This document shows positions 37,693 to 49,336 of a stretch of DNA of 64,000 nt, piece after piece. The notes beneath the pieces are model-generated. The model ran no database searches and was not told the DNA's origin. It saw only the letters and a program-made list of their open reading frames with translations. Within the stretch, counting starts at the first letter, position 1. Each line of letters starts with the position of its first letter. Source of the stretch: Takakia lepidozioides. Taxonomy: Eukaryota; Plantae; Bryophyta. The translations under genes were made by a program, and so were the position numbers. The stretch is from positions 76,136,001 to 76,200,000 of the forward strand of contig CM060732.1 in NCBI GenBank assembly GCA_030704615.1. Direction: 5' to 3'.

Positions 37693-38228
37693 GTCATTCT
37701 CCGTTGCCCCTTTCAACTGAATCCAGTCCAATTTCGCCATTCTCTTGTTTGCAGTGCTTGCTTGGCCTCTCCAAAAATCTGGCTGTGCTTTTTTGGCGGC
37801 CTTGCTTGAGACCACTCCTTCCTTGCAATTTCCACCCCCATCGTATTTTGTGGCAGTAGGAAGCATGGAGAGTCCAGTGCGCTCCCACCTGAGGCATACC
37901 ACTAGTGGCGCTTGAAACCAGCCTAATAGCTGTTTGTGAGGATCCAGGCTGCCAACACCTTTTGGGTGGAAGGGCTTGTACACCTTGTAAGAAAGATTGT
38001 AAAGCCGGAAGTGGCCTCGGTTGAAGTGGGACACATGCCAAATTCCAATTCTGCACACAGAATTTTGTGATGGTGTTATCCCTCTAGCTCCAAGCATTCC
38101 TTGGAGTAAAGATGATTGCAAGTGGTTTCCTTTGATTTTTTCCCCACCAGGAAACTGGACACCAGTGTGCCCAGAAAACACAGCCATTAGGGTGGCAGGG
38201 GGTTACAACTGAGTCGAGAGCCTCTCTT

Positions 38229-38312
38229 GTGGTGGGGGTGTAGGGGGGGGGGGGGGAGGGGGGGGGGGGGGGGGGGGGGGGTGGGGGTGGGGGTGGAGGG
38301 GGGGTGGAGGGC
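38229..38312 (+). repeat. Poly-G tract (G-quadruplex-capable)
   Basis: About 80 nt almost entirely of G runs. Confidence 0.9.
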
Positions 38313-41279
38313 GCAGGTGTTATTTGTTTGTATTTAACTCCCATAACACTTCATCCTCAGTTTTACTTTGTCCTGAAAACCTATTTCGAACACTGTACTC
38401 AGCCATTCTAGGTTAGAAATGATTATCAGGGAATCTTGCATACCATCTTTCACTGGCTTTTTCTTTAAAGTGAACACGGAAACAAGTCTCATCTTTCTTG
38501 GCATCATCATCGCCATTCTCATTGTTCACTATACACATGTGCTCAATTTGCTAATGTGTACATCAGGATCCCCTTTCCCTGCAAAAAATGATATATTGGA
38601 AAAGTGGTTTAGCCCTGTGGTTTGGTTGTTTTAACGCCATCTGCGACTCTACAAACCCCTGCCTGACAGTTGTTGGCCCTTTGGCTGAAGCTGTTCCTGT
38701 GGACCTGTGTAGTATCAAAATCTGTCCAGTGAACTTCCTAATGTGCAGGTAATACCCCCCACCAACGCCACAAGTTTCCAGAAGAGGAACATCAGGACAC
38801 CAACAGCATCTGGGAGAAATAAGGAAGTTGAGAAGGAGGATCTAGTGAGCAGTGGCCCTAGTGGTTTGTGAGGCATCATCCCTATGGATGAGGGGGGTGG
38901 AACAACAGCATGTTAAACCATGATGGGCCTCAGCAGTGCTAATGCTGATGAACTCCATAAGCCGAACCCTCAATTTGTTTGGGAACTTACATGAAGTCAC
39001 ATATTCCAGTGACTCAGTTGGAAGTTCTCTGAAGGAGGAACTCAGAAAAGAGTTCGAAAATCGGTTGGCAACCGAGTGTGTTACACAAGTTGAGATGGAA
39101 GTGCATCTGCAGTTGCAACATGAGTTGAGGGAAACAAGAATGCTCTGCAATTTGCCCCTAAAGCAGCAACTGATTGAGGGGGGTCTGAGCAAGACCATCT
39201 GCAGGAGATAACACAAGCAACAATTATTCCAATTGCAGAACAAGCATGAGGATGAGATTGCAAGGACTAAAGAACAACATGCAGATTGGAGGTAGTACAT
39301 CAAAAGGATGACGGTGCAATGTGCCAACCCTCACAAATTTTCTAGAGCAAGCCACAACAGAAGCCAACCAGCAGAAGGAGCGATGTGTAAGGGCAGAAAA
39401 CGGAGGTAGTGGAGCAAGCCAATTCATTGTGGACCTCAAAGATACAATATGTCACAATGAGGTGCTTTACACAAACTAATACAAACAGGTTGAGGCTAAC
39501 CAGAGAAGTACATTGTGGAGTTACAACATATCCTTATGTCGAATAGGAATCAACTCTCCTGTAGCTAACAAGGCAGCGAGGGAAAACCAAATAATATGGC
39601 TGCAGCTTATGCCAATTTAGTTGAAACCTCATGAGAAGCGCATGCAAGGATTGCAACAACAGCAGTTAGATGCCTACAGACTCAAGGAGGAGCAGAGTCT
39701 CAGAGATGTTACACAGGACAGAGTGGATGACCAACTTTTAAAAGTATGGTTGCACAAGGGCCAGTGGAAGGAAAAACAACCGAGAAAGCTCACCCAGGGG
39801 GAGATGAATGACCTGAGGCTGTAAGTGCAGAATATTGCCACCACTACTACTATCGACAATGTCTATAGTAGAATAGGAGAGCTCCAAGAGGATGTGGATA
39901 CACTGCAGACTCAAGTGGGACTTGCGTTCCAAACATAGACCAAAGGCTCATGATTCCTGAAGAACATCTCATGGAGGCGTATTTGAGGGCCAGAACTCTA
40001 GTTTTCAGTCTTTCCTCGCAAGAAGTGCAGGGGATGCCATTGGTGGAAACACCAATAGAAACCAGTTTTTCAACGCAGTTGGCTGTACAGGTTACTGAAT
40101 CTCCTATGACAGCAGTTGCACGGCTGAGGTATGGGGAAATGCCTGCTTTTTCACTTCAACCCACCCAAGACTCATGCTGCAACAGGAATACAACCGAGCA
40201 ATGATCAATGTTCCTTCAATGAATTCCAGATATCCTGCTTGGATTTGGCTTGGAATCAATTTGGTCCTCCACAACTTTTCCCACACTACTACCAAATAAA
40301 ATGCGCATTTGGGTTGCCAGTGGCCACTCGGACTAAGATTCTGGCAATGAATCAGCTCATTGAGGATCATCATTTTCAAGGTACTGGTCTGAGGCAGGCA
40401 CCATGTTAAAGGAGTTAATAGCTTTCCATGGTTTGTTCATGGGCACATTCACACCACAACAAAGGAAGTAGCGAGTTTGGTCATGGGCTGTGGAATTTAT
40501 TATACTTCTTGCTTGTTTCCTTGTTGGCCATTGGCACGTTACCACATTGAGCAGCAGAAGATGCAGTCCAGATTTTTGACTTTTCCACTACAGATCATTG
40601 GATCTTACCTGTGGTGTGCCGCATCATACGTATTTTATATGATGTGAAAATCATGTTACAGAGGGATTCACAACTCCGTTCTAGGTTTAACATGGCCTGG
40701 AACAACTTGAGCAACGAAAATGACATATTGACCGACATTTTTAATAAGGAGCACACAGCTTGGCAATACCTATACTGCTCCAATGTTACTAGCACACCTC
40801 CTCACCTATACTGAGAAAGAATTGTTGAAGTTCAATAAACTTGCTTTTCCAACAGGTTACACAACGTTGTGAAGCTTAAGTTTCCTAACATGGTGGGGCC
40901 ACACTGTATGCCAATTTTCATTCCAGATAAACCAAGAAAGGCAAGAAAACCAAAAACTGTAGGACTGAACAGATTCGGACACAACAGCTGAATCTTCAGA
41001 ACAAACTCTTGACATATGGGAGGAATATGATCAAGCACTGCACGACAAAAACCGACGGGGATCTCCCCCACACCAGAGCCATTACAAGCCGGTTTCATCC
41101 AAAGGGCAACAAGTTCAAGTTACAGTTCAAGCATCTCCAGCAATCAGTCATAGAACTCGGGCACGTACAGAGAGCCCTCCAAGGCACTCTCACAAACAGA
41201 CCGACCACGTTCACAAAGATTTACTGATCCCTAAGCAGTAAACTGTGAGGACAACGACTTTTTGAGAGGCAAGGGGTAA

Positions 41280-41870
41280 TGTTAGGAGGCAGTCTGGGAC
41301 TTAGGCATTTTTTTATGGGTTCTGTGGAAGTCTGGGACTTAGACACTTCTATGGGTTCTGAGGTACCCTTTAATTTTTTGAGATAGCCCGTCACAGCCAG
41401 TCACAACAGCCCCTCACAGTCAAACCCACTTCCCTACCAACCCATAACCCGAACAACACCCCTAACAGCCCTTCATATTCTGACACAGTCGCACATTCAG
41501 TTTCACAGCTGTCACTCCAGTCGTTAGGGAGCGTTATCATGACAGGGAATGATTGTGGGGAACACATCTCTGCCGGGGAATATGTAATTCACGGAGGACG
41601 GTTTTAGTAAGGAAAACGGTTGATTTAGAACAGCGGGTAAGGAGATAAGCAAGCGGGCAGCGGAGACGGGATGGGACACTTTTTGGAACGGAGATCACTC
41701 CTGGGGGCGGACTGAGATCGGAGGAAGGGAAGCTGGCGAGGAGGAAGGAGATACTATAGGACAGAGTTAGTACGAGATGTAGGATTACTTAGAGGATAGA
41801 TTAGAGAAGTTAGGACATCAGCATGTATCCGATTATGATTAATCTGATTCTCATCCGATACAAACACCTG
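41280..41870 (+). mobile_element. Putative 3' LTR
   Basis: Begins TGTTAGG immediately after a purine-rich tract. The 3' boundary is uncertain. Confidence 0.4.
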
Positions 41871-41989
41871 GTGTTGAGAGACTTGAGTGAAGCTGTGTAT
41901 GAATGAAATTCAGGGGCCCAAAGAAGCAATCTGATGTTTAAAAAGATACCTGGTCATGATAAACAGGGAATATAACTGATAAGAAAATA

Positions 41990-44900
41990 TCATTGAAAAA
42001 CCCAACAATGATTCACTAGCTGCAGGTCCATGACTGATTGTTTCACGCGGGCTGAATGCTTAGAGATATCCAACTCTTCTATCTTGGAGTTTCCGCCTCG
42101 GATAGCGAAGGGATGGGTGAGTAAAAGCCGCGCGACACTCCTGGCACCCCTCTGACCGTGATCATTCTCCACCTTTGCAATATCATCCCACCTGCCAGCT
42201 GCGGCATAGATGTTTGATAGCACACATAAGTCCGCGCCCATCTCCACATTTTGCCATGGATTCTGCAGGCAACCAAGCAAGGTCTTCCACACCACAACAT
42301 CTGGATTTCAGTAGGCCAGTGTAGCTCATGCAGAGAGAACACATATAAAGGTGATATTGTCCCCGGCTTCAAGCCATTCTTTTGCATTCCTTCAAATAGT
42401 TGCAAGACCTTGACAACTATTTGACATATCCTGTGATCATCGCATTCCACAACACCACATGTCATTCAGCCACATTGTCAAAGACTCTCTTTGCTCGACC
42501 ACTCATGCATACATCCTTGCTTTGCTGCTAGCAGCCAACAATGACAGCCTAAGATTTGTTCTAGGACCAACACCCAATTTCAACTTATCATACTAGTTCC
42601 TATGCTCAATTGCATCTGCTACTCTCTGTTATCCAACAGACATTTACTTTTTTGCCTTGATTGTCACACCATTAATAGGGGTAAGAAAAGTATTCATTCC
42701 ACAGCTTCTCCTCGCCTGAGTAAAAATTGGCAATCCAAAAGCCTTGTCTTCAGGCTGCAACCTGCATAGGCCTTGTATTCTTTTTTACCATCACAAACAA
42801 GGTCCATGCGAGGACTCCACATATGCACACTACATTTTTTAGCACCTGATCTAGAGTACGCAACACAAAATGTGTCAGAAGCATATCCTCTCTTTTCATC
42901 ATCCCTTCTGCAATGTTTCAAGATTGGAAGATCTCTATGTTTGTGGTGTGATCTAATATCCAGCTTCGCCCTGCCACCTTTTTCAGACTTCTATCCTCCA
43001 TCAATTTTCTGGTCTTTTCTAGATTATCCACATTTAAGTTGCAGCACAGATATTTGACAGCATCATATACACTTCAGCATTTTGTGGTTCTAATTTCAGA
43101 ACATGCGTCCTATGATGCATTCAGCTAGCTCCTGTTGCTATAATTATGGAAGCATCAAACATTCTCCGCGCATCCATCATGCTTCCACACCTGGCATACA
43201 TGTTGACAAGGGCACTCCCTAAACAGACAATTTCCTCAACTCCACCTTCTGTGATGTGGGCATGTACACGCCTGTCATGTTCCAGTGTTGTTGGCCGGTG
43301 CAGGCGTTGAGGATGGTGGGTGAATGCAGGGTTGACTGGACCAAAATGGACGTTACTAGCACAGTTTTAGATGACTGCAATTGATGGTGTCATCAATTGA
43401 AATTGAATTAACTCATTAAAACCAGCAAATATATATGTCATTGGAATCCTAGCTTCAATACACACCCATAGCAACTCTCCAATCATGAATCCGATAAGAA
43501 ATGACTCCGCTATGGACTTTTGAACATCGTCATTGTGGACTGTTACCGCAATGAATGGAATTACAATGGACTCAAGTTCTCCTATGTGCCATTGGTGATC
43601 TCCATTGAAATTTGGACATAAGGTGGCCATTTTGGACCACATCATAGGTATGGATTTGAAGTGGCAAAATCATTTGTCATTTGACTCATATGGACTAATA
43701 TATGTAAAAAAAATAGGCATTTTTTGAAAAGTCTATAGCTTATCTTGTTTTTTGGATTTTGGGTGTCATTTTTTTTTCTAGAAGTATAAAAACCTATAAT
43801 CTTCAATGGCTAGGTGTCATATTGAAATTTTTTTGTAGACTCTAATTTTTAGTTTTTCATAATTTCTCTAAATAATATACTAAAATATTTAATGAATTAT
43901 ATCTTTAATATTTGGGGTAGGACTCTTTACTAAATATGTTCAGTATACCATTATCTATCACTAAAAAAATATTTTGGGATAGTATCCTCAACTTTTTGTT
44001 TTTGGTCATGGACTTTCATGGAGCAGGATCTGCCGTTTTTGGTCCACTCAACCCTGCAACTGCCCTGGTAACAAATGTGAGCTTGTCAGGCTTCATACCT
44101 ACTCATTGCATTTGCCAGAAGAGTTCAAATGCCTCTTCACTGCGCCCTTGCTGAATGTATCCTGCAATCATTACATTCCATGAAACCACATCTTATTCAG
44201 GCATATTGTTAAAGACTCGGCATGCATCCACCAGACTCCCACACTTGACATACATGCTGAGAAGGGTGTTTCCCACACGACCATCTGACTCAAAGCCAGC
44301 TTCAATGATATGGGCATGGACCATCACGCTTTCTAGTTGCATTTGCCGAAAGAGCTAAAATGCCTCTTCCGTGAGCATTCCATGAAATTACATCTCGCCT
44401 AGACATTTTTCAAACATCTTTCGCATATCCACCAAACTCCCACACTTGGCATACATATGGACAAGGCTAGTTCCTACATAAACATCTTATTCAAATCTAG
44501 CTCTGACAATGTGGGCATGAAGCCCCTTGCCACGCCCTAGAGCTGCTGGGCTGGCACACCTTTTGAGGATGCAAATGAGAGTGACCTTGTCGGGCTCTAC
44601 ACCTTCTTGTGGCATTTGCCCAAAGAGTTCAAATGCCTCTTCACCATGCCCTTGCTCAGTACATCCTGCAATTATTGCAGTCCAAGAGACCACGTCTCAT
44701 TTCGGCATCAAATGCCAAAATCCATGCCTCTGCACAAATCATGCATTCATATTTTCCCTTGCTGCCAGCAGCTGACAATGATAACCTAAAAAACATCCAA
44801 TCACACTAGTTCATATGCTGAATTGCGTCTGCTACTCTCTGTCATCTAACAAGGATTCAACTTTTTGCCTCGGTTGTCCCACCATTGACTGGGGTCAACA

Positions 44901-45240
44901 AAATATTCATTCCACACCTTCTCTTTGTTACCTATTTTCGGATACTTTCTTGTTATCACATTGGCAGTATCATGTTAAAGTCACTCCAAACCAGATTCAC
45001 TCAACCGGCTAACTTGCAGAATTCAACATGGAAATTTAGGGCCGACTCTGACAGTGAAATGTGTTGAAGAATGTGCCTGAACATTAGCAGTGCCTTGTTC
45101 TATCATTTGTGCCGTTGCCGCTGCTATTTCCAGTTGACCATCTACCCAACGACCTAACTTGCAAAATTCAATATGCATCTCAGGGCCGAGTCTGATGAGA
45201 GGGCAAAACATGCTGAAATAGGTCGAAGAAGGTGCCATAA
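41990..45240 (-). pseudogene. Fragmented minus-strand PDF/PLS-PPR relics (PLS repeats, E motifs)
   Basis: WVDGQLEIAAA (~45120-45150), VSWTAIIAG...EEAFELFGQM.QEGVEPDKVT (44487-44693), PPR pieces at 43120-43320 and 44060-44480, and VWKTLLG..VLSNIYAAAGRWDDIAKV (42170-42295). Family intron pieces occur inverted at 42500-42550 and 44725-44790. Confidence 0.8.
43327..44056. mobile_element. Non-autonomous TIR element (MITE, hAT-like CAGGG ends)
   Basis: Left end CAGGGTTGACTGGACCAAAA, right end TTTTGGTCCACTCAACCCTG (1 mismatch in 20). AT-rich non-coding interior with TGGAC repeats. No 8-bp TSD; a palindromic TGCA overlaps both ends. Confidence 0.7.
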
Positions 45241-45259
45241 CCACATTGAGTCCTTGAAA

Positions 45260-48100
45260 CACTACAGGAAATGGGGGGGCCTTTGCGACGCCCGAGCCAC
45301 GCCGCAACGTCGGAAAAACGCCGTTTTCATGCACGTGGCGGGCGCAGAATTTGCGACGCCCGGCAGTCGCATAGGCGTCGCCAAAATGACGTTGCAAAAA
45401 TGCGACGTATGGGGGTCGCGAGCCCCCGCCCCAACTCTCGCGACTGCCGGACGTCGCTTTTTAGGCCGTCCGCGCCGATGGCAGGGCCTTTGTCGAGTGA
45501 CGTCTCGCCGTCGCGGCCCTCCAGCCGACGGCGTTGTTGGGGGCGCCGGCGCGGCGTTGCATCCCTTTTTTTTTTTCTAACCTGCCTGGGAGTCCCATCC
45601 TAAAACCCAAAAACACGTGGCGTAAGCTGGGTGGTACGCCAAGGGACGCCAGTGCGTTGCAGCAAGCGACTATTGGGCGTGGCAAAAAAAAAAACAGCGG
45701 GAGCAGGAGTCGGGCTCCACCACGCCCGGGCATGGGTTTTTGCGACGTTGTGGCGTCGCTTTTGTTTTATATTTAATCAAGACGTGGCGCAGGCAGGGTG
45801 GCGGGCTCCGCGACGCCAGGGCGCCGCGGCAAAAAACACGTCACAGGGGGTGTCAAGCGTTGCCGCCCGCAAATGGAATTTGCGACGCCCGACAGTCGTG
45901 GCTTGCAACTCCCGCCCAAAAAGCATGTCGCCAATGACGACGTCCTACAGTCGCGAGGGCAGCTTGATAGGGGTGGGGGGGGGGGGTTGGGGATTGATTT
46001 TGGGGATGAATTGGGGGTGGTTTTTGTTTTTTGCCTGGTTTTGTTCTTGGGGATGGGAGACCTTACTGTTCCATTTCTCTGATTTAGCAGGTACACAATT
46101 GAACAAGCATGAATCGAGGGTGAGGATGGTGCGACACATGAATAAGATGGAAGATGGAAAGATGGAAATATATTTACAGTAAATGAGCTGAAAAGCTCAC
46201 AAGGGTTCAGTAGGCCGACCCTGGGACCTACATGGACTAGGACTAGTCATTCTCATCCTCATCCTCATCCTCAGTGGAAGACTCAGAGCTATCCGATGAG
46301 CCTGATGACTCCGCGCCCTTTGTCAGAGCACCTAAATGAAGCGGCGTTCCCCTAAGTCCCACAGAGCTCTCATCCAATCCCTGGCCATGACCCCCGACCT
46401 CATCCATACTAGTGCCATGTAGTGCACTCATCCCCTCCGTGTTGGCCATGTTCTTCATGAAGGATTGCCAACCATGCTCCTTGGCGTAGTTGTACTCTAC
46501 CAAAGATGGCTTCCTCTAAAACGCGTGTTGCTGCCAGTACCCCCCTTCTTGTCCACATCTTGGATGCGCCAGGGGCCGGCTCAGCCAGCTCTCATATTCG
46601 GGAGGTTGTTGCTGAGCCGGATGCTCAGTTGAGCACACCCCCGGCCACCAAGACGGGTGAAATATACCTTGGCAAGCACATCACCCGTTCGGGGGCCCGG
46701 TATGGGCAACTTTTAGATGTCACCCCCATAGCGACCCCTTCCTCCGCAGCAAAGGCTGCACTTGCCAAGGCCCAATGTCAGGTTCAAGGGCCTTTGAAAG
46801 CCTCCATTGCCAGCCCATTGTTGTCAATGAGGGAGGAGGAGACGAGGAGGGCCAATGAAGTGGCCAAGATATCAAAGCGCCTCAAAGAAGTCAAGCCGGG
46901 TGATGGCTTCTACCCTGATACGCATTGTCGGGGGGGGAGAGAGAGAGAGAGGAAGAGATATGGGCCGATTCAGAGCAGCCTAGCCGATCAGCGACACCGC
47001 CCCTGAGCCTGAGCGGTCAGCAAATAAGGGCCTGGACTACGGGGCGCCGCTGCCGGCTATGCTCCACTGCTAGAATTTCAAGAGGCAACAACATGGCTGG
47101 CCTCATTGGTGTAGCCCAGTGGGGTTGCCAATGAGGGAGAGCACGTGGTGTTCATGAAGGACCCGAACACCAAATGTAAGAAGAAGAGGCCTCGATCTCC
47201 GGAGATCCCTTTTACCATCAATGAAGGGGTTGCCGAGGAGAGAGAGAGAGAGAAGGGAGAGGGAGAAGGAGAGAGATGAAGTATTGGGGAAGGGGAAGGG
47301 GATGGTCGTGGAGAAGGGGAAAGAAAAGAAGAAGAAGAAGAAGAAGAAATCCCATGGAGAGGAAATGGTGAGTATGCATGCGGGGGAGGGCAGTGGGGTA
47401 ACAAAGGAGCAGGGGAAGGAGACTACGAAGAAGGGAAGGGTGGGAAGAAGAACATGCCCTTGGCGATAAAGGACGTGGAGTTGGCAAAGATCGTGGCACC
47501 ACCGGTGGAGGTGAATCACCATGGTGACCCCTGCGGTGCGTTTTGGGAGGCTATGAAGAAGCCAACCTTCGAACTCGCATTGAGGTGGTTCCCTTTGCAC
47601 ATCGAGTGGGCTGATCAGCACTTTGGCGCGACGCGGGCGTATGCACATAAGTTAGACCGCCGGTTTCCAGGCAATTGGAGTGACATAAGGGTGATGGAGA
47701 TGGTGGGACGAAACTTGAAGGACATGAGGTACCGTGCGAGACAGATCATTCGGAGGGCAATGGAAAGGGGGCCATACCCAAACCACATTATGGAATTACA
47801 CAGGTTAGCAAATCCTGAATCATGTCACCTTCCATTTGTCGCATGTGAATTAATGAGGTGGATTCGATGCAACGTATGTGTGTAATTCACTAATTGTTGG
47901 GGGGGGGGTGCATAGGTATCGTGGGATGTACTCATTGCGGGAGAGACTAATGCCGCAAACAAGGCCAAATTTGACCGGGCACGCGAAGCAATAACAATCC
48001 GCCTTGACAAGCACGAATCCACACACAAGTGAGGCGCCGGCGGATCCAAGGGTTTATCTTGTGATTTGTAAGTCGTACTTCCCTATGGATTTTGTTATGT
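45260..48100 (+). mobile_element. Truncated CACTA (En/Spm) element with subterminal repeats and accessory-gene relic
   Basis: Starts CACTACAGGAAAT. Dense (TTT)GCGACG / CGTCGC repeats in both orientations to ~45960. Degenerate coding relic 46506-48030 (HGDPCG..WE.MKK...W..Q...LDRRF) is TnpA-like by inference. No right TIR found. Confidence 0.65.
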
Positions 48101-48617
48101 CTTCTTTCTGGCTCCATCATCGCGAAGAACTGACTTTAATTTGTCTCCGGCTGCGGCTGTCGACGGGGCTGGTTAACCGTGAGACGCCCTGGCACGTAAC
48201 ACATGCCGACAGAGCAAACGGATCATCCGCCCTTTTCTTTGGGGCAGGGGACTTCTTCTCTTTCCCCATAAGCTGGCTCCTGTCATGCAAACCCACAAGT
48301 TGGCCTCATTAGGAAACAACCTCTACATTCCAGATCAAAAACAAAAAAAACCAAACATATCGGGGGCTGAGAGCAGCAAGTGCTCGGGGTCTCGAGAGGG
48401 GGCAACAAAGATAAAAGAAAAAGGTGGGGGGGGGGGGGGGGAGTGACTAAGCACCACCACCAACTGCTGAGCACCACGGGCTCTGTCATCCACCGCCCTC
48501 CCATTTTCTTCTTTTTTGGTTTCCTGATCTGTCCCTCTCTCTCTCTCCCTTTTGTTTTTTGCTGCTCACAAAAATAAACAAACCACAAGGGAAAGAGGGT
48601 GCAGAAAAAATTAAAAA

Positions 48618-49336
48618 GATTGTTCTCATAAGACGTTGTTTGCTGTAGCCTTGTGGCCATTGACCCCGCGCCCAGTTTGAGCGGAAACAAAAGGGACAGA
48701 ACCTGCCTTTGTCAAGGGCTGACGTTGAAAGACTTACCTTCATATATAGAATTAATCTAGGTTTTCCAGATATCCTCTAGAAATCCCTTCACACAAACAT
48801 CAATCTGTTGTGTGTGATTTGCCCAATAACTAGGCCTCGGGAGGGCCTGGGCTTTTGGCTCAGCCTTGAGACTTTCAAAGTTGGTAAACAGAGGTACAGG
48901 CACAATTCCCTTGATAGATTTGAAGAGAGCGTCTCTTTGGTGAGAGAACCCCGGACAGTGTATCAGAAAATGAGTACTGTCTTCAAATTGCCCACACAAC
49001 GGGCAATTGCACTCTCCCTTTCCTCCCTGCTTTTGTTTGCTGTTCAAAGGTAGGCTGCCTGCACTGAGTTCAAATTTCAATCTAGTGCCAAGAGTGGGTA
49101 AGACCCTTGAGGTCATCCAAAATGTCCTCCCCCATGTCACCGACTGGAAACAAGTTCATGGAATTTTCTGCCTAACCTCATTTTCATCAGACAATCTCAT
49201 GGCAACAGACACGGCTTTGGACACTACAGCCTCTAAGTCAGATTTATCAACCCATATTGCAGATCCGTACTCCAAGGCAAGTCTAATAATGCGACAAAGC
49301 ATAGTTTTCTTAACCTCAGAGTTGACCCCTCTGCAG
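48618..49336 (-). mobile_element. Second, 5'-truncated and internally deleted copy of the RTEX-like LINE
   Basis: Highly similar to 18046-19082 (CNCPLCGQFEDSTHFLIHCPGF...), lacking the ~313 bp between two GATAA motifs. Confidence 0.95.

Larger units (their letters stand above)
35520..41870 (+). mobile_element. Degenerate Ty3/gypsy-like retroelement fragment: accessory ORF, PPT and LTR; no gag-pol visible
   Basis: 36654-37320 encodes LEFLQNFDPKT*ATMVKGVELELTP..LQQLFSLP and GEEVAWENIMY..L.EE...SGPVIAQII, resembling the extra-ORF domain of plant gypsy elements. Coiled-coil relics at 38940-40050. TGAGGACAA..TTTTTGAGAGGCAAGGGGTAA|TGTTAG at 41246-41285 resembles a PPT/LTR junction. CACAGCC repeats at 35785-35940 and 41390-41520. 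Confidence 0.5.

Noticed and set aside
37693-38210. Possible L1 LINE post-RT fragment on the minus strand (PK.VGSLDP)
   Set aside because: A single weak motif; too degenerate to call without a profile search.
38084-38344. Poly-proline (extensin or formin-like) ORF
   Set aside because: It is only the reverse translation of the poly-G tract.
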